From Patescibacteria group bacterium (GTDB lineage Bacteria > Patescibacteriota > UBA1384 > XYA2-FULL-43-10 > 1-14-0-10-43-13), in the NCBI GenBank assembly GCA_041649155.1, contig JBAZNP010000001.1, positions 173,808 through 237,807 of the forward strand: 64,000 bases of DNA, read 5' to 3'. How positions within the stretch are numbered: position 1 is the stretch's first letter; the number at the start of each line of letters is the position of its first letter. Below the pieces are notes generated by a model. That model did no database searches. It was not told the origin of the DNA and was given only the letters and a program-made list of their open reading frames with translations. Below, one piece after another: positions 49,160 to 58,182 of the stretch. The position numbers and the translations under genes were made by a program.

Positions 49160-49867
49160 TTATTGATTTAAATTATTTTCGATTGCTGCTGTCTTTGGTT
49201 TATATTCAACGGTATAAATTTGTGAACTTTCCTTCTTCGCTTTATTAACTGCCATGACTTTAATCATGTTGACTCCCTGATGGAGCTTTAATTTCAAAAT
49301 AAACCGTCCGTCTCCGCTAACAGGAACATTTTCACCATTGACGGAAATGAACGCATCAACATCTGTTATGCCGGATAAGTCCATTGAATCATTATCCAAA
49401 ACAATATTGTTGTCAGGTGAAACTATTTTTAAATTTGGATTGCCGGCAAAATTTAACAACTGAAAAACAATGTATGAAAACATTCCTAATATTGAAATAG
49501 CCAGAGCAGTATATGCAATCAGTTTGGGAGTAATCAAGACCTTTTTATCTTTAATCGACTGGTTATATGAAATTTTATGATTTTCTTTTTTGGAACGGAA
49601 TAAAGTTTCCTGTTCATAATCCTGCACCAATAAGTCTGAATTTAAACCAAGAAATTTAGAGTAAGCCAAAACAAATCCCCGAGTGTAAACATTCTGAGGT
49701 AGTTCGCTCCATTTTCCTTCTTCAATAGCAGCCAGATATTTCGCTCTGACTTTTGTACCAACTTCCGCCTCACTTAAAGAAATCTTTTTTCGGAGACGAA
49801 TATTCTTCAACCGTTCCCCTACGGTTTTGTGAGATTTTATTTTTTTTGTAGAAAAACCGGAAATCAT
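49160..49867 (-). CDS. RodZ-like HTH membrane protein
   Basis: N-terminal XRE-type HTH (VGERLKNIRLRKKISLSEAEVGTKVRAKYLAAIEEG), then a TM helix, then a C-terminal beta domain. Confidence 0.55.
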   Translation of the reverse strand: MISGFSTKKIKSHKTVGERLKNIRLRKKISLSEAEVGTKVRAKYLAAIEEGKWSELPQNVYTRGFVLAYSKFLGLNSDLLVQDYEQETLFRSKKENHKISYNQSIKDKKVLITPKLIAYTALAISILGMFSYIVFQLLNFAGNPNLKIVSPDNNIVLDNDSMDLSGITDVDAFISVNGENVPVSGDGRFILKLKLHQGVNMIKVMAVNKAKKESSQIYTVEYKPKTAAIENNLNQ

Positions 49868-49924
49868 GATAATTTATAATTTAATAATTTTTTAATGTTT
49901 AAACATTTAGATTTTTAAATTTCT

Positions 49925-52156
49925 TTAGTATCTGTCGTTATTATTATTCTCAGGATAATCACTAAAATCATTACCGTTGTTCTGAAAAGCTTGTGAGCCA
50001 GTATCGCTTATCAGAACATCCCTTGGTTTTGCTCCATCTGCCGGCCCGATGACACCTTGCTGCTCTAGAATATCCAAGAGACGAGCAGCTCTAGCATAGC
50101 CTACTCGAAGCCTTCGTTGCAACAAGGAAGCTGAAGCCTTGCCGGCATTAATAACTGTTTCAACGGCATCATTATATAAATCATCCTCGCCAGAACCATC
50201 GCCGCTAAGTGTTCCACCGGATTGAGGAGACCTGAATGACAAGATTGCATCATCATACTCCACCTCACCTTTCTCGCGAAGAAATTTATTTAGCTCTTCT
50301 ATTTCTCCGTCAGAAACAAAACAACCCTGAATACGCTTGGGCTTGTTCACCCCGTTTCCGATAAACAGCATATCACCGTTTCCAAGAAGTTTTTCTGCTC
50401 CGGATAAATCCAAAATTGTTCTGGAGTCCACCTGAGAAGCAGTCGCAAATGCAATTCTTGAAGTAATATTTGCTTTGATCAATCCTGTTAATACGTCCAC
50501 AGATGGTCTTTGGGTGGCGATCACAAGATGCATACCAGTTGCACGAGCCATCTGAGCAAGTCTTACAATTGAACCTTCAACTTCTTTGGCCGATGTTGCC
50601 ATTAAATCAGCTAACTCATCGATGATAATTACAATGTAAGGCAACTTGCCTTCTTCTCCTGGGCTTGAATTATAAGCAACGATATTTCTTTTTCCCTGTT
50701 CAGAGAACATCCTATACCTGCGTTCCATCTCCCAAACCGCCCATTTTAAGGCTGAAACTGTTTTGTCGACTTCAGTTATAACCGGAGTTAAAAGATGTGG
50801 TATTCCGTTATAGTTTGTTAATTCCACCCGTTTTGGATCGACTAAAAGTATTTTTAAGTCGTTTGGTGAGTCGCTAAATAGTAAGGAGCAGATTAGTGAA
50901 TTTATGCATACCGATTTACCAGATCCGGTAGAACCAGCAATTAATAAGTGGGGCATCTTTTCTAAATCAATGGACATCGGGTCGCCGGAAACATCTCTTC
51001 CTAACGCAACAGCTAGTTTACTTTTTAATGCTTTAAATTCTTTTTCCTTCAATATTTCCTTAAGAGTTACTTTGGCTGGTATTTTGTTTGGTATTTCCAC
51101 ACCGACCGAACTCTTTCCCGGAATTGGAGCTTCTAGTCTCAAACTTTTAGCTGATAGAGCCAAAGCTAAATCAGTTTGTCTTGCAATTATCTGGTTTAGT
51201 TTTACGCCTTCCTCCGGTTTGAAAGTATATTGACTGACCGTTGGACCGACATTTACATCACTCATTGAGATTTCGACACCAAAAGTCTTTAAACATTTCT
51301 GGATTATTTCAACATTCTTACTGATATTGCCAGGATTGGGTGCTTCGTCTGAATCTTTTAAAATATCAAGAGAAGGATATTCCCATGTCGTATCCCTTCT
51401 TACATTGGCAAAACTATTTGTATCAACTTCAATTACCTCTGCTTTGGTTTCGTTTTCTCTATCCTTATGTTTTAACCCGTTCATTTTTCTCTTTAATGAC
51501 TCAAAAACAGATACTCTTGCTCCGTTAATATTAACCTTTTCCTTACTGTCTTCGTCTTCATCTGAATGAACAAAACCAAGATATTGAAGCAAAGAAAAAT
51601 CAAATATCATAAGTAGCGCTATGACAATCAAGAATATTGAAAATAGGAATGAAGGAAAAAGCCCTATGCCATTTCTAAGCAGATTTGAAAGATGATAGCC
51701 AACTAGTCCGCCGCCTTTTCCATAATTGGCAAATTCCTGAGCGTTTTCCTGAGCAATAAATAAATGTGCCAGAGCAGGAACCGCAATCACAAACAGAAAT
51801 AACCCGATAAATTTAGAGATCCTATAACTAGACGCTTCTCCTTTTTTAGATTTAGGAGGAAGTATTAGAAGTATGCTGAGATATAAAATGCTAACAGAAA
51901 AGATAGATGATCCAAGAGAGCCGAATAATTTCTTAGCCAAGTCAGTAGTAACTTCTCCCAATACTCCGGCTGAACTAAAAAAACCCAAAATAATAATGAT
52001 TGATAAAAGCAGAATAAGAACACCAGATATGATTCTGCGTGTCTCTCCAGAGAGCCCAAAAGTCCAGTCAAATACAAAGTCGCCCCACTGGTTTTCCCTT
52101 TGATACCAATTTGGCTTTTTTTGTCTGTGCTTTGGAAATTTTCTTTTTCGCCCCAT
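49925..52156 (-). CDS. ftsK: DNA translocase FtsK/SpoIIIE
   Basis: N-terminal TM helices, Walker A GSTGSGKSV, and a C-terminal gamma-domain winged helix. Confidence 0.9.
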   Translation of the reverse strand: MGRKRKFPKHRQKKPNWYQRENQWGDFVFDWTFGLSGETRRIISGVLILLLSIIIILGFFSSAGVLGEVTTDLAKKLFGSLGSSIFSVSILYLSILLILPPKSKKGEASSYRISKFIGLFLFVIAVPALAHLFIAQENAQEFANYGKGGGLVGYHLSNLLRNGIGLFPSFLFSIFLIVIALLMIFDFSLLQYLGFVHSDEDEDSKEKVNINGARVSVFESLKRKMNGLKHKDRENETKAEVIEVDTNSFANVRRDTTWEYPSLDILKDSDEAPNPGNISKNVEIIQKCLKTFGVEISMSDVNVGPTVSQYTFKPEEGVKLNQIIARQTDLALALSAKSLRLEAPIPGKSSVGVEIPNKIPAKVTLKEILKEKEFKALKSKLAVALGRDVSGDPMSIDLEKMPHLLIAGSTGSGKSVCINSLICSLLFSDSPNDLKILLVDPKRVELTNYNGIPHLLTPVITEVDKTVSALKWAVWEMERRYRMFSEQGKRNIVAYNSSPGEEGKLPYIVIIIDELADLMATSAKEVEGSIVRLAQMARATGMHLVIATQRPSVDVLTGLIKANITSRIAFATASQVDSRTILDLSGAEKLLGNGDMLFIGNGVNKPKRIQGCFVSDGEIEELNKFLREKGEVEYDDAILSFRSPQSGGTLSGDGSGEDDLYNDAVETVINAGKASASLLQRRLRVGYARAARLLDILEQQGVIGPADGAKPRDVLISDTGSQAFQNNGNDFSDYPENNNNDRY

Positions 52157-52167
52157 ATCCCTCCGTT

Positions 52168-52527
52168 TTATACTCCTACACTCAACCTTTTTTCGATTTT
52201 AACAATTCGATGTTCGTGATTGTCAAATCTGTCCAAATGACCAACATTCATTTCCGCCAAATCTGAAACTTCTCGGTCTATCTTATCACTCAATTTTCCA
52301 ACTATTTTCTCCTCTGATTCCCTAACAGCGCCAACGATCTCTTTCTTCATTCTTATTTCAGATTTTTCGATCAAAAACTCAATCTTATCCGACATTTTCG
52401 TTTCAGATTTTTCGATCGCAGAATCAATCCGTGCAGACATCTTTGTCTCGGATCTTTCAACAGCAAAATTAATTGATCCATCTACAATCTTTTTAATTTC
52501 TTTTAAATCTTCTCTATCGAGTGCCAT
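52168..52527 (-). CDS. hypothetical coiled-coil repeat protein
   Basis: Tandem EKSETKMS(A/D)(R/K)I(D/E) heptad-like repeats. Confidence 0.4.
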   Translation of the reverse strand: MALDREDLKEIKKIVDGSINFAVERSETKMSARIDSAIEKSETKMSDKIEFLIEKSEIRMKKEIVGAVRESEEKIVGKLSDKIDREVSDLAEMNVGHLDRFDNHEHRIVKIEKRLSVGV

Positions 52528-52613
52528 TTTATCCCTATTCTTTTATCAACGCCACAAAAATTCCTTTTTGAAAGTTACTTTCATTATACTATTACTAAAA
52601 CCTCTCTGCAACA

Positions 52614-52644
52614 AAATCGCTCCGATGTTACATCGGAGCGATTT
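52614..52644. terminator. 14-bp perfect hairpin (AAATCGCTCCGATG-TTA-CATCGGAGCGATTT), likely the RNase J terminator
   Basis: Perfect stem. On the minus strand it is followed by TTTTGTTG. Confidence 0.45.
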
Positions 52645-52661
52645 GCATAATACTTTATACT

Positions 52662-52760
52662 TAATACTAATTTAGACTTCAATAATCACAGGAATAACCA
52701 TCCCACGTAAAACTTTTCGTTCCCGAGGTTTACAGCCTCGCGTCACAATGGCGTTTATGC
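52662..52760 (-). pseudogene. diverged duplicate of the RNase J 3' end
   Basis: Translates to ...KVLRGMVIPVIIEV-stop. The genuine RNase J C-terminus is RRPMVIPVIIEV-stop. The differences between the two copies are synonymous. Confidence 0.3.
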
Positions 52761-52809
52761 GGGACGAGACTCAATAAGAAGTAGTAAGCACTTCAGATAA
52801 TATTTGAGA

Positions 52810-54762
52810 TTACACTTCAATAATTACTGGTATTACCATTGGTCTGCGCTCGGTTTCACGAAAAAGGAATTCGCCCATGTCATCGCGAAGCTTTTGTTTT
52901 GCCAAGCTCCAGTCAGTCTTTGGACCCCTTCGATCAGCGCCGTGCTTTGCGAAGATTTTCTTTATTTCAGCTCTGGACTTATGAACGAGCTGCTCATTTT
53001 CGCGCATGTAAATGAAGCCGCGCGAAATAATATCCGGAGAAGTAGCAACTTCCCCTGTTTCATGATCAACCGTAACGATAATGACAAATATACCGTCCTG
53101 AGCCATTGCTTTTCGATCACGCAGAACGATGTTTCCAACATCGCCAACGCCAAGACCATCAACCATAACATATGAGGCAGGAACTCTTTTATTTGTTACT
53201 TCTCCTCTTCCTTTACCGAATTCAATTACCTGACCATCATCGGCAACAAGACAATGGTCTTCATCAACTATTCCCATATCCTGAGCAATCTGGCAATGCA
53301 GCATCAATCTGTGTCTTTCACCGTGGACCGGCATCAAATACTGAGGTTTAATCAAAGCAAGCATCAACTTAATGTCTTCCTGATTAGCGTGACCGGAAGT
53401 ATGAACATCCATCAATTTTTGATAAACAACTTTTGCTCCAGCTCTAAATAGGTTGTCCATTAAGCTCGAGACACTTCTCTCGTTACCTGGAATTGGCGAA
53501 GATGAAAGAATAACTAGATCGCCTCTCTTAATTTTGATCTGACGATGTTCTCCAAGAGCAATTCTTGTTAAAGCAGCATTATCCTCCCCCTGTGATCCAG
53601 TACATACTATGACCACTTTGTTGTCGGGATATTTACCAATATCTTTAACATCGATAATTGTATCTTTTGGCACAATCAATGCTTCAAGGGAGATAGAAAT
53701 ATCAACCGTTGAAAGCATGCTTCTTCCAACAAAAGCAACTTTTCGATGTAGTTTTTCTGCCGTATTTAGAACCTGCTGAATTCTGGAAATCAAAGTTGAG
53801 AAAGTTGAGATGATTAATCTGTTGTTTGCTCTTTCCATAATTTTGAAAAGAGAGTCTTCGATTTCTTTTTCTGAGATTGAGTTTCCCGGTCGTTCGATAT
53901 TTGTAGAATCGGAAAGCAGAAGCAATGGCTTTCTTGATCCCAGCATTGCTAATGCCGAAAAATCAGCTGGTCTTCCATCGGCTGGTGTATGATCGAACTT
54001 CCAGTCCCCTGTTGCAACTAATAATCCTTCTGGTGTTTCGATGGCAAAACCCATTGTTTGAGGAATACTGTGAGTCAGACGAAAAGAGGTAACTTTAAAG
54101 CAACCCAATTGAAGAGTGGTCTCGCCGGGGTTTATTACTTCCAACCGAGCACCTCTGTCCAAGCCAAACTCCTCAAGTTTACCTTTAATTAACCCCAATG
54201 ATAGAGGCGATGAGTATATGATCGGAGAACCGATTTTCTCAAAAACGTAAGGTATGGCACCAATGTGATCAAGGTGACCATGTGTAATTAAAAGACCTTT
54301 AATTTTTCTTTTATTTTGTTCCAGATATGAAACGTCAGGGATTACATAATCCACCCCTGGCATACTTTCGTCCGGAAACATAAAGCCCATATCTATTACA
54401 ATGATGTCATCTTTATATTCAATGACTGTACAGTTTTTTCCACCAGTTTCTTCAACACCGCCCAAAGGGATGATGCGAAGCTTTGGCTCATGAAACATCT
54501 TCGATGTATTATTTGTATCAATTTGTTGCGCAGTATAGCGAGGCTCTTCATGCCTCGTTGGCTGCTGTTTAAAAGGCTGACTTCGATATTTGTTATAATT
54601 CGAGGTTTTCTTTTCGCCTTTATCTTTAGACACTGAATCTAAAAACTTATTCCCGACAAGACTAGTCTTAGTTGGTGATTTTCGATTCTGTGTATTTATT
54701 TCTTTTTTTTCTAAATTATTTTTTTCTTCTCCGCCAGAGGCGGACTTTATTTCATTTTGCAT
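52810..54762 (-). CDS. rnj: ribonuclease J (metallo-beta-lactamase / beta-CASP)
   Basis: LLITHGHLDHIGAIPY motif, beta-CASP domain, and a long low-complexity N-terminal extension. Confidence 0.85.
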   Translation of the reverse strand: MQNEIKSASGGEEKNNLEKKEINTQNRKSPTKTSLVGNKFLDSVSKDKGEKKTSNYNKYRSQPFKQQPTRHEEPRYTAQQIDTNNTSKMFHEPKLRIIPLGGVEETGGKNCTVIEYKDDIIVIDMGFMFPDESMPGVDYVIPDVSYLEQNKRKIKGLLITHGHLDHIGAIPYVFEKIGSPIIYSSPLSLGLIKGKLEEFGLDRGARLEVINPGETTLQLGCFKVTSFRLTHSIPQTMGFAIETPEGLLVATGDWKFDHTPADGRPADFSALAMLGSRKPLLLLSDSTNIERPGNSISEKEIEDSLFKIMERANNRLIISTFSTLISRIQQVLNTAEKLHRKVAFVGRSMLSTVDISISLEALIVPKDTIIDVKDIGKYPDNKVVIVCTGSQGEDNAALTRIALGEHRQIKIKRGDLVILSSSPIPGNERSVSSLMDNLFRAGAKVVYQKLMDVHTSGHANQEDIKLMLALIKPQYLMPVHGERHRLMLHCQIAQDMGIVDEDHCLVADDGQVIEFGKGRGEVTNKRVPASYVMVDGLGVGDVGNIVLRDRKAMAQDGIFVIIVTVDHETGEVATSPDIISRGFIYMRENEQLVHKSRAEIKKIFAKHGADRRGPKTDWSLAKQKLRDDMGEFLFRETERRPMVIPVIIEV

Positions 54763-54775
54763 TTTTTTCCTTGTT

Positions 54776-54845
54776 TGTCATTCCAGACTTGATCTGGAAT
54801 CTATATAAATAGTAACTGGATCCCGTATCAAGTACAGGATGACAG
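54776..54845. repeat. pair of TGTCATYCC hairpin elements in inverted orientation
   Basis: TGTCATTCCAGACTTGATCTGGAATC has a perfect 8-bp stem. The reverse complement of the second copy is CTGTCATCCTGTACTTGATACGGGATCC. Confidence 0.6.
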
Positions 54846-54887
54846 ACTATGCTGTCAAATTAATTTTTGTTGAGAAATTTTATTTAT

Positions 54888-54922
54888 CCTGTTTGATGCT
54901 GCAAAGCAGTTATCTAATCAGG
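54888..54922. repeat. conserved leader hairpin, copy 3
   Basis: CCTGTTTGATGCTGCAAAGCAGTTATCTAATCAGG. Confidence 0.6.
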
Positions 54923-54931
54923 ATTCTTTCT

Positions 54932-55594
54932 CTATATTAGTTTCTGTTGCTCAAATTCCCTTTTATTAGAATCCGAGGCGTCTTTTTCTTTAATTTTCTT
55001 AATTATTATTGGTATCTTTTTAAAATCGGTTATTAATGTTTCCCGAAGGGCTCCATTGTGAAGTGCTGCTGCTGGATGATAAAGTGGCAAGTAAACTCTT
55101 CCGTCCGGTCTTTTTAACGCTTTTCCATGCAATTTACTGATCCCTCCCGCTCCAGGTAAGTAAGTAGCAGTTGAATGGCGGCCCAAACAAACTATTAACT
55201 TTGGATTTAGCGCTTTAAATTGTCTTTCTAAATATGGTCTGCAGGCTGACTTTTCCGCATCTTCCGGATCTCTGTTTCCAGGTGGACGGCATTTTACTGT
55301 ATTTGTAATGAATATGTCGCCACGGCTCAGGCCAATTACTCCCAGCATTTCATCTAAGAATTTTCCTGCTTGTCCGCAAAAAGGAATTCCTTTTTGATCT
55401 TCCGTTGCGCCAGGTGCCTCGCCGATAAACATAATTTCAGCAGAAGAGCTTCCTTCACCAGGAACTGCAGTTATCCTGCTTTTTGAAAGAGGACATTTTG
55501 TACATACTAAAACTTCTTCCCTGACTTTACCAAGTTCTGTTATAGTTTTATCATTTTTTTCATCAGTAGAAATTCTACTCTCATCCAAATCCAT
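54932..55594 (-). CDS. udg: uracil-DNA glycosylase, family 4
   Basis: Family-4 motifs: CxxC Fe-S cluster ligands, GEAPG and GKFL. Confidence 0.85.
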   Translation of the reverse strand: MDLDESRISTDEKNDKTITELGKVREEVLVCTKCPLSKSRITAVPGEGSSSAEIMFIGEAPGATEDQKGIPFCGQAGKFLDEMLGVIGLSRGDIFITNTVKCRPPGNRDPEDAEKSACRPYLERQFKALNPKLIVCLGRHSTATYLPGAGGISKLHGKALKRPDGRVYLPLYHPAAALHNGALRETLITDFKKIPIIIKKIKEKDASDSNKREFEQQKLI

Positions 55595-55729
55595 AGAAAA
55601 ACACCTTTAGAACAAAAAACATTAAACTCTATCCCCAAGAGAACAGAAACGTTAGAACTTTATGCACAAAATACCTTATTATATTATCACAGAGAAATAA
55701 AATGTCAAGTAGGGAAAACTACAAAGGGC

Positions 55730-56680
55730 TTATTTTAGATGTTTTTTAGAATTAAACTTTGCGATTTCTTTCTGCACAATTTTTTCCATTTCTTTGTGAG
55801 ATACTCTACCCTTGCTTGGTAATATCTCCAGTTTATTTGCCTTAAGCATGTTATCAAGATAGGAAACCCAATCTTTCATATACATTACATTCTTGCGTTC
55901 AATTTGAAACTCGGCATAAGAAAGAAACTGTTCAACAAGCAAGTAAAGTTGGCGAAGCTCCGTTTCAAGCATGTAATTCTTGGCAACCTCCGCTTCCTTT
56001 CTTGTTACGATGGATTTTTGTTGATTGGTCATGCCGATGTTTTCTTTTCTGCTGTCAATTCGGCTGGCAACTAGCTCGGCGGCGGTTTGTCCGGTTATGG
56101 CAAAGTGAAATTTGTTCTGCATTGCAGCATAAAACTCTTTTGTATAATCAGCTTTTGTATCATAATCCGCACTGGTGGAAAATATATCCTTAACCTTTTC
56201 ATATAAATTTCTCTCCGAAGAACGAATTTTTCGAACGCGTTCTAACATCTCGCCAAAATATCCGTGCTTGTAGCCTCCATTCTCCAGCCGCTCGTCATCC
56301 ATTACAAACCCCTTGGCGATATATTCCCGCAAGGTCTTCGTCGCCCAAATACGAAACTGCGTAGCCTGTATTGAGTTTACTCGATAACCGACAGAAATAA
56401 TTGCATCGAGATTGTATTGCTCGATTTCCCGAATTACCTCTCTCTGACCTTCTTTTTGAACTATCCGGAATTTCCGGATAGTTGGATCCTTGCCAAGTTC
56501 GCCCGTATTGAAAATATTTTTTAAATGCTCATTTACCGTTCTAACATCAACGCTGAAAACCTCGGCCATCTGCTTCTGGGATAGCCAAACGGTCTCGCCA
56601 GTCATTTTGACTTCAACCTGAGTTAAGCCGTCTTCTGTTTTGTAAATAATAATCTGATTTTTCCCATCAGCATCTTTCAT
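55730..56680 (-). CDS. RhuM-family protein
   Basis: The N-terminus (IIIYKTEDGLTQVEVKMTGETVWLSQKQMAEVF) is typical of the RhuM family. Confidence 0.65.
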   Translation of the reverse strand: MKDADGKNQIIIYKTEDGLTQVEVKMTGETVWLSQKQMAEVFSVDVRTVNEHLKNIFNTGELGKDPTIRKFRIVQKEGQREVIREIEQYNLDAIISVGYRVNSIQATQFRIWATKTLREYIAKGFVMDDERLENGGYKHGYFGEMLERVRKIRSSERNLYEKVKDIFSTSADYDTKADYTKEFYAAMQNKFHFAITGQTAAELVASRIDSRKENIGMTNQQKSIVTRKEAEVAKNYMLETELRQLYLLVEQFLSYAEFQIERKNVMYMKDWVSYLDNMLKANKLEILPSKGRVSHKEMEKIVQKEIAKFNSKKHLK

Positions 56681-57012
56681 CCGCCCCTCCTTAATTGATT
56701 TTTATGTTTCTAATAGTGCTTTTTAACTAGTTACTACCATAATACCGAACATAAACCAAACAGGTCAAGTGCCTAGATATTTTTTTCTTAAATTTTAATA
56801 ATGCCACAATCAAAAGCATCCCAATTAGTAAGCTATAGCTTCTTAATCGGTACGTTTTAGATAGCATAGCAGAGAAAGACGATCTTCAACGGCTCATCCA
56901 CCCGCTTCTTGACTAATAAAAGATTGTTTCTTATACTGAGGGCGCCGATTTCGTTGAACGAAATCGAGTACATTCAAAATGTCTCTTGAAGAGGCAAGGA
57001 AGAGTGATCAAA

Positions 57013-58095
57013 ATGGCTAAAGAACAAGATGAACTAGTGAGAGAATTAGAAGGAATGTCGCCATTAGAGATATCGGATCAATGCCGCAATGTCATTAACC
57101 ACCCTTTTACTCGCAAAATAATTGAGTGGGCCAAGACCGGTTCGGAAGCTGACCGATATTTAACTCAAGATCTAGGATGGAGTAACGAAATTGGCAAGAT
57201 GGCTCGCCGTGTCATTTACCTGCGCGAACAGCTACCTCCTGATGCTTGGAATGCATTCTGGAAGGAACCGAAGAACAGAAATGAGGAAGATTTCATCGAG
57301 TTCGGTTGCACTGGTCCGATTAGCGGAGTCGAAATCCAATCTGCTCGGAAAATGGGTAAGGAAAAGTTCTCTGTGCCACTTCCACTCTTATTGCTAGAAC
57401 TCAAAGATACTTCATCTGGAGTCTCTACGTTTGCACAAAATCGTTTAGGTAATGACATCGAAATGACTAACTGGGCAGATCTTCTGTACAAAACAGGAGC
57501 ATTTAACTTTGCTGATCAGATTAGTTATGAAAAAGATACATGGAAACTAAACGGTTCCACCGAAAATGACTCGGAAATAATTGATATAGTCTCTTGTGTC
57601 TTTTCACCAGATCGACTACCGCCTCAATTCTGGAGATTGACCAGCATATGGCAAACCACCAAAAATGCCATCAACCATATACGCGCTGGTATTAGGTCTG
57701 ATACCGGACCTCGATTCAAAGGAAATGAGGGGTTTATTCTATTTGAGAAGAAAGCTCATCTGTCTGGAGATTTTGGTAAATATTTTTTCGGGCAGATTGT
57801 ACTAAGAGCACATTATGACATACGTCGACTCAATATGAAAGATGCCAGTCTTGGTGTCTATTTATCTCATGATCCAGAAAAACAGGTTAATATATCTATT
57901 ATAGGCAATGGAGAAAGCGAACCAATAAGCCTTAAAAGAGTTAACCAGAAAATGGAAATTGAGGAAGTAGCAAAGTTGTTCTCAACATTCTCGATGCAGC
58001 AATCTAACTGCCTTGATCCCAACAAGATTCTAGGGTCTAGTTTATTCAAAGGAGATAAACTGCCAAACCTTGAAAAACTTCTTTTGAGCGCCTAG
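57013..58095 (+). CDS. hypothetical protein
   Basis: ATG at 57013. The six-frame track started this ORF at a TTG at 56986. No motifs found. Local GC is visibly higher than in the surrounding sequence. Confidence 0.45.
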   Translation: MAKEQDELVRELEGMSPLEISDQCRNVINHPFTRKIIEWAKTGSEADRYLTQDLGWSNEIGKMARRVIYLREQLPPDAWNAFWKEPKNRNEEDFIEFGCTGPISGVEIQSARKMGKEKFSVPLPLLLLELKDTSSGVSTFAQNRLGNDIEMTNWADLLYKTGAFNFADQISYEKDTWKLNGSTENDSEIIDIVSCVFSPDRLPPQFWRLTSIWQTTKNAINHIRAGIRSDTGPRFKGNEGFILFEKKAHLSGDFGKYFFGQIVLRAHYDIRRLNMKDASLGVYLSHDPEKQVNISIIGNGESEPISLKRVNQKMEIEEVAKLFSTFSMQQSNCLDPNKILGSSLFKGDKLPNLEKLLLSA

Positions 58096-58112
58096 ATAAC
58101 AATACTTAAGCG

Positions 58113-58140
58113 CCGCCGAATATTCGGCGGCGCTTCTTCT
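58113..58140. terminator. bidirectional terminator
   Basis: AAGCGCCGCCGAATATTCGGCGGCGCTT is a perfect 12-bp stem. Confidence 0.7.
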
Positions 58141-58182
58141 AAGCAAAAGATCTGTCCAACTGTATTCTGTAGACTTAAATAA

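Noticed and set aside
56986-57012. TTG-initiated N-terminal extension (MKRQGRVIK) of the 369-aa gene, as given in the ORF track
   Set aside because: An in-frame ATG at 57013 begins MAKEQDEL. The upstream extension has no better ribosome-binding site. The ORF track evidently allows alternative starts.
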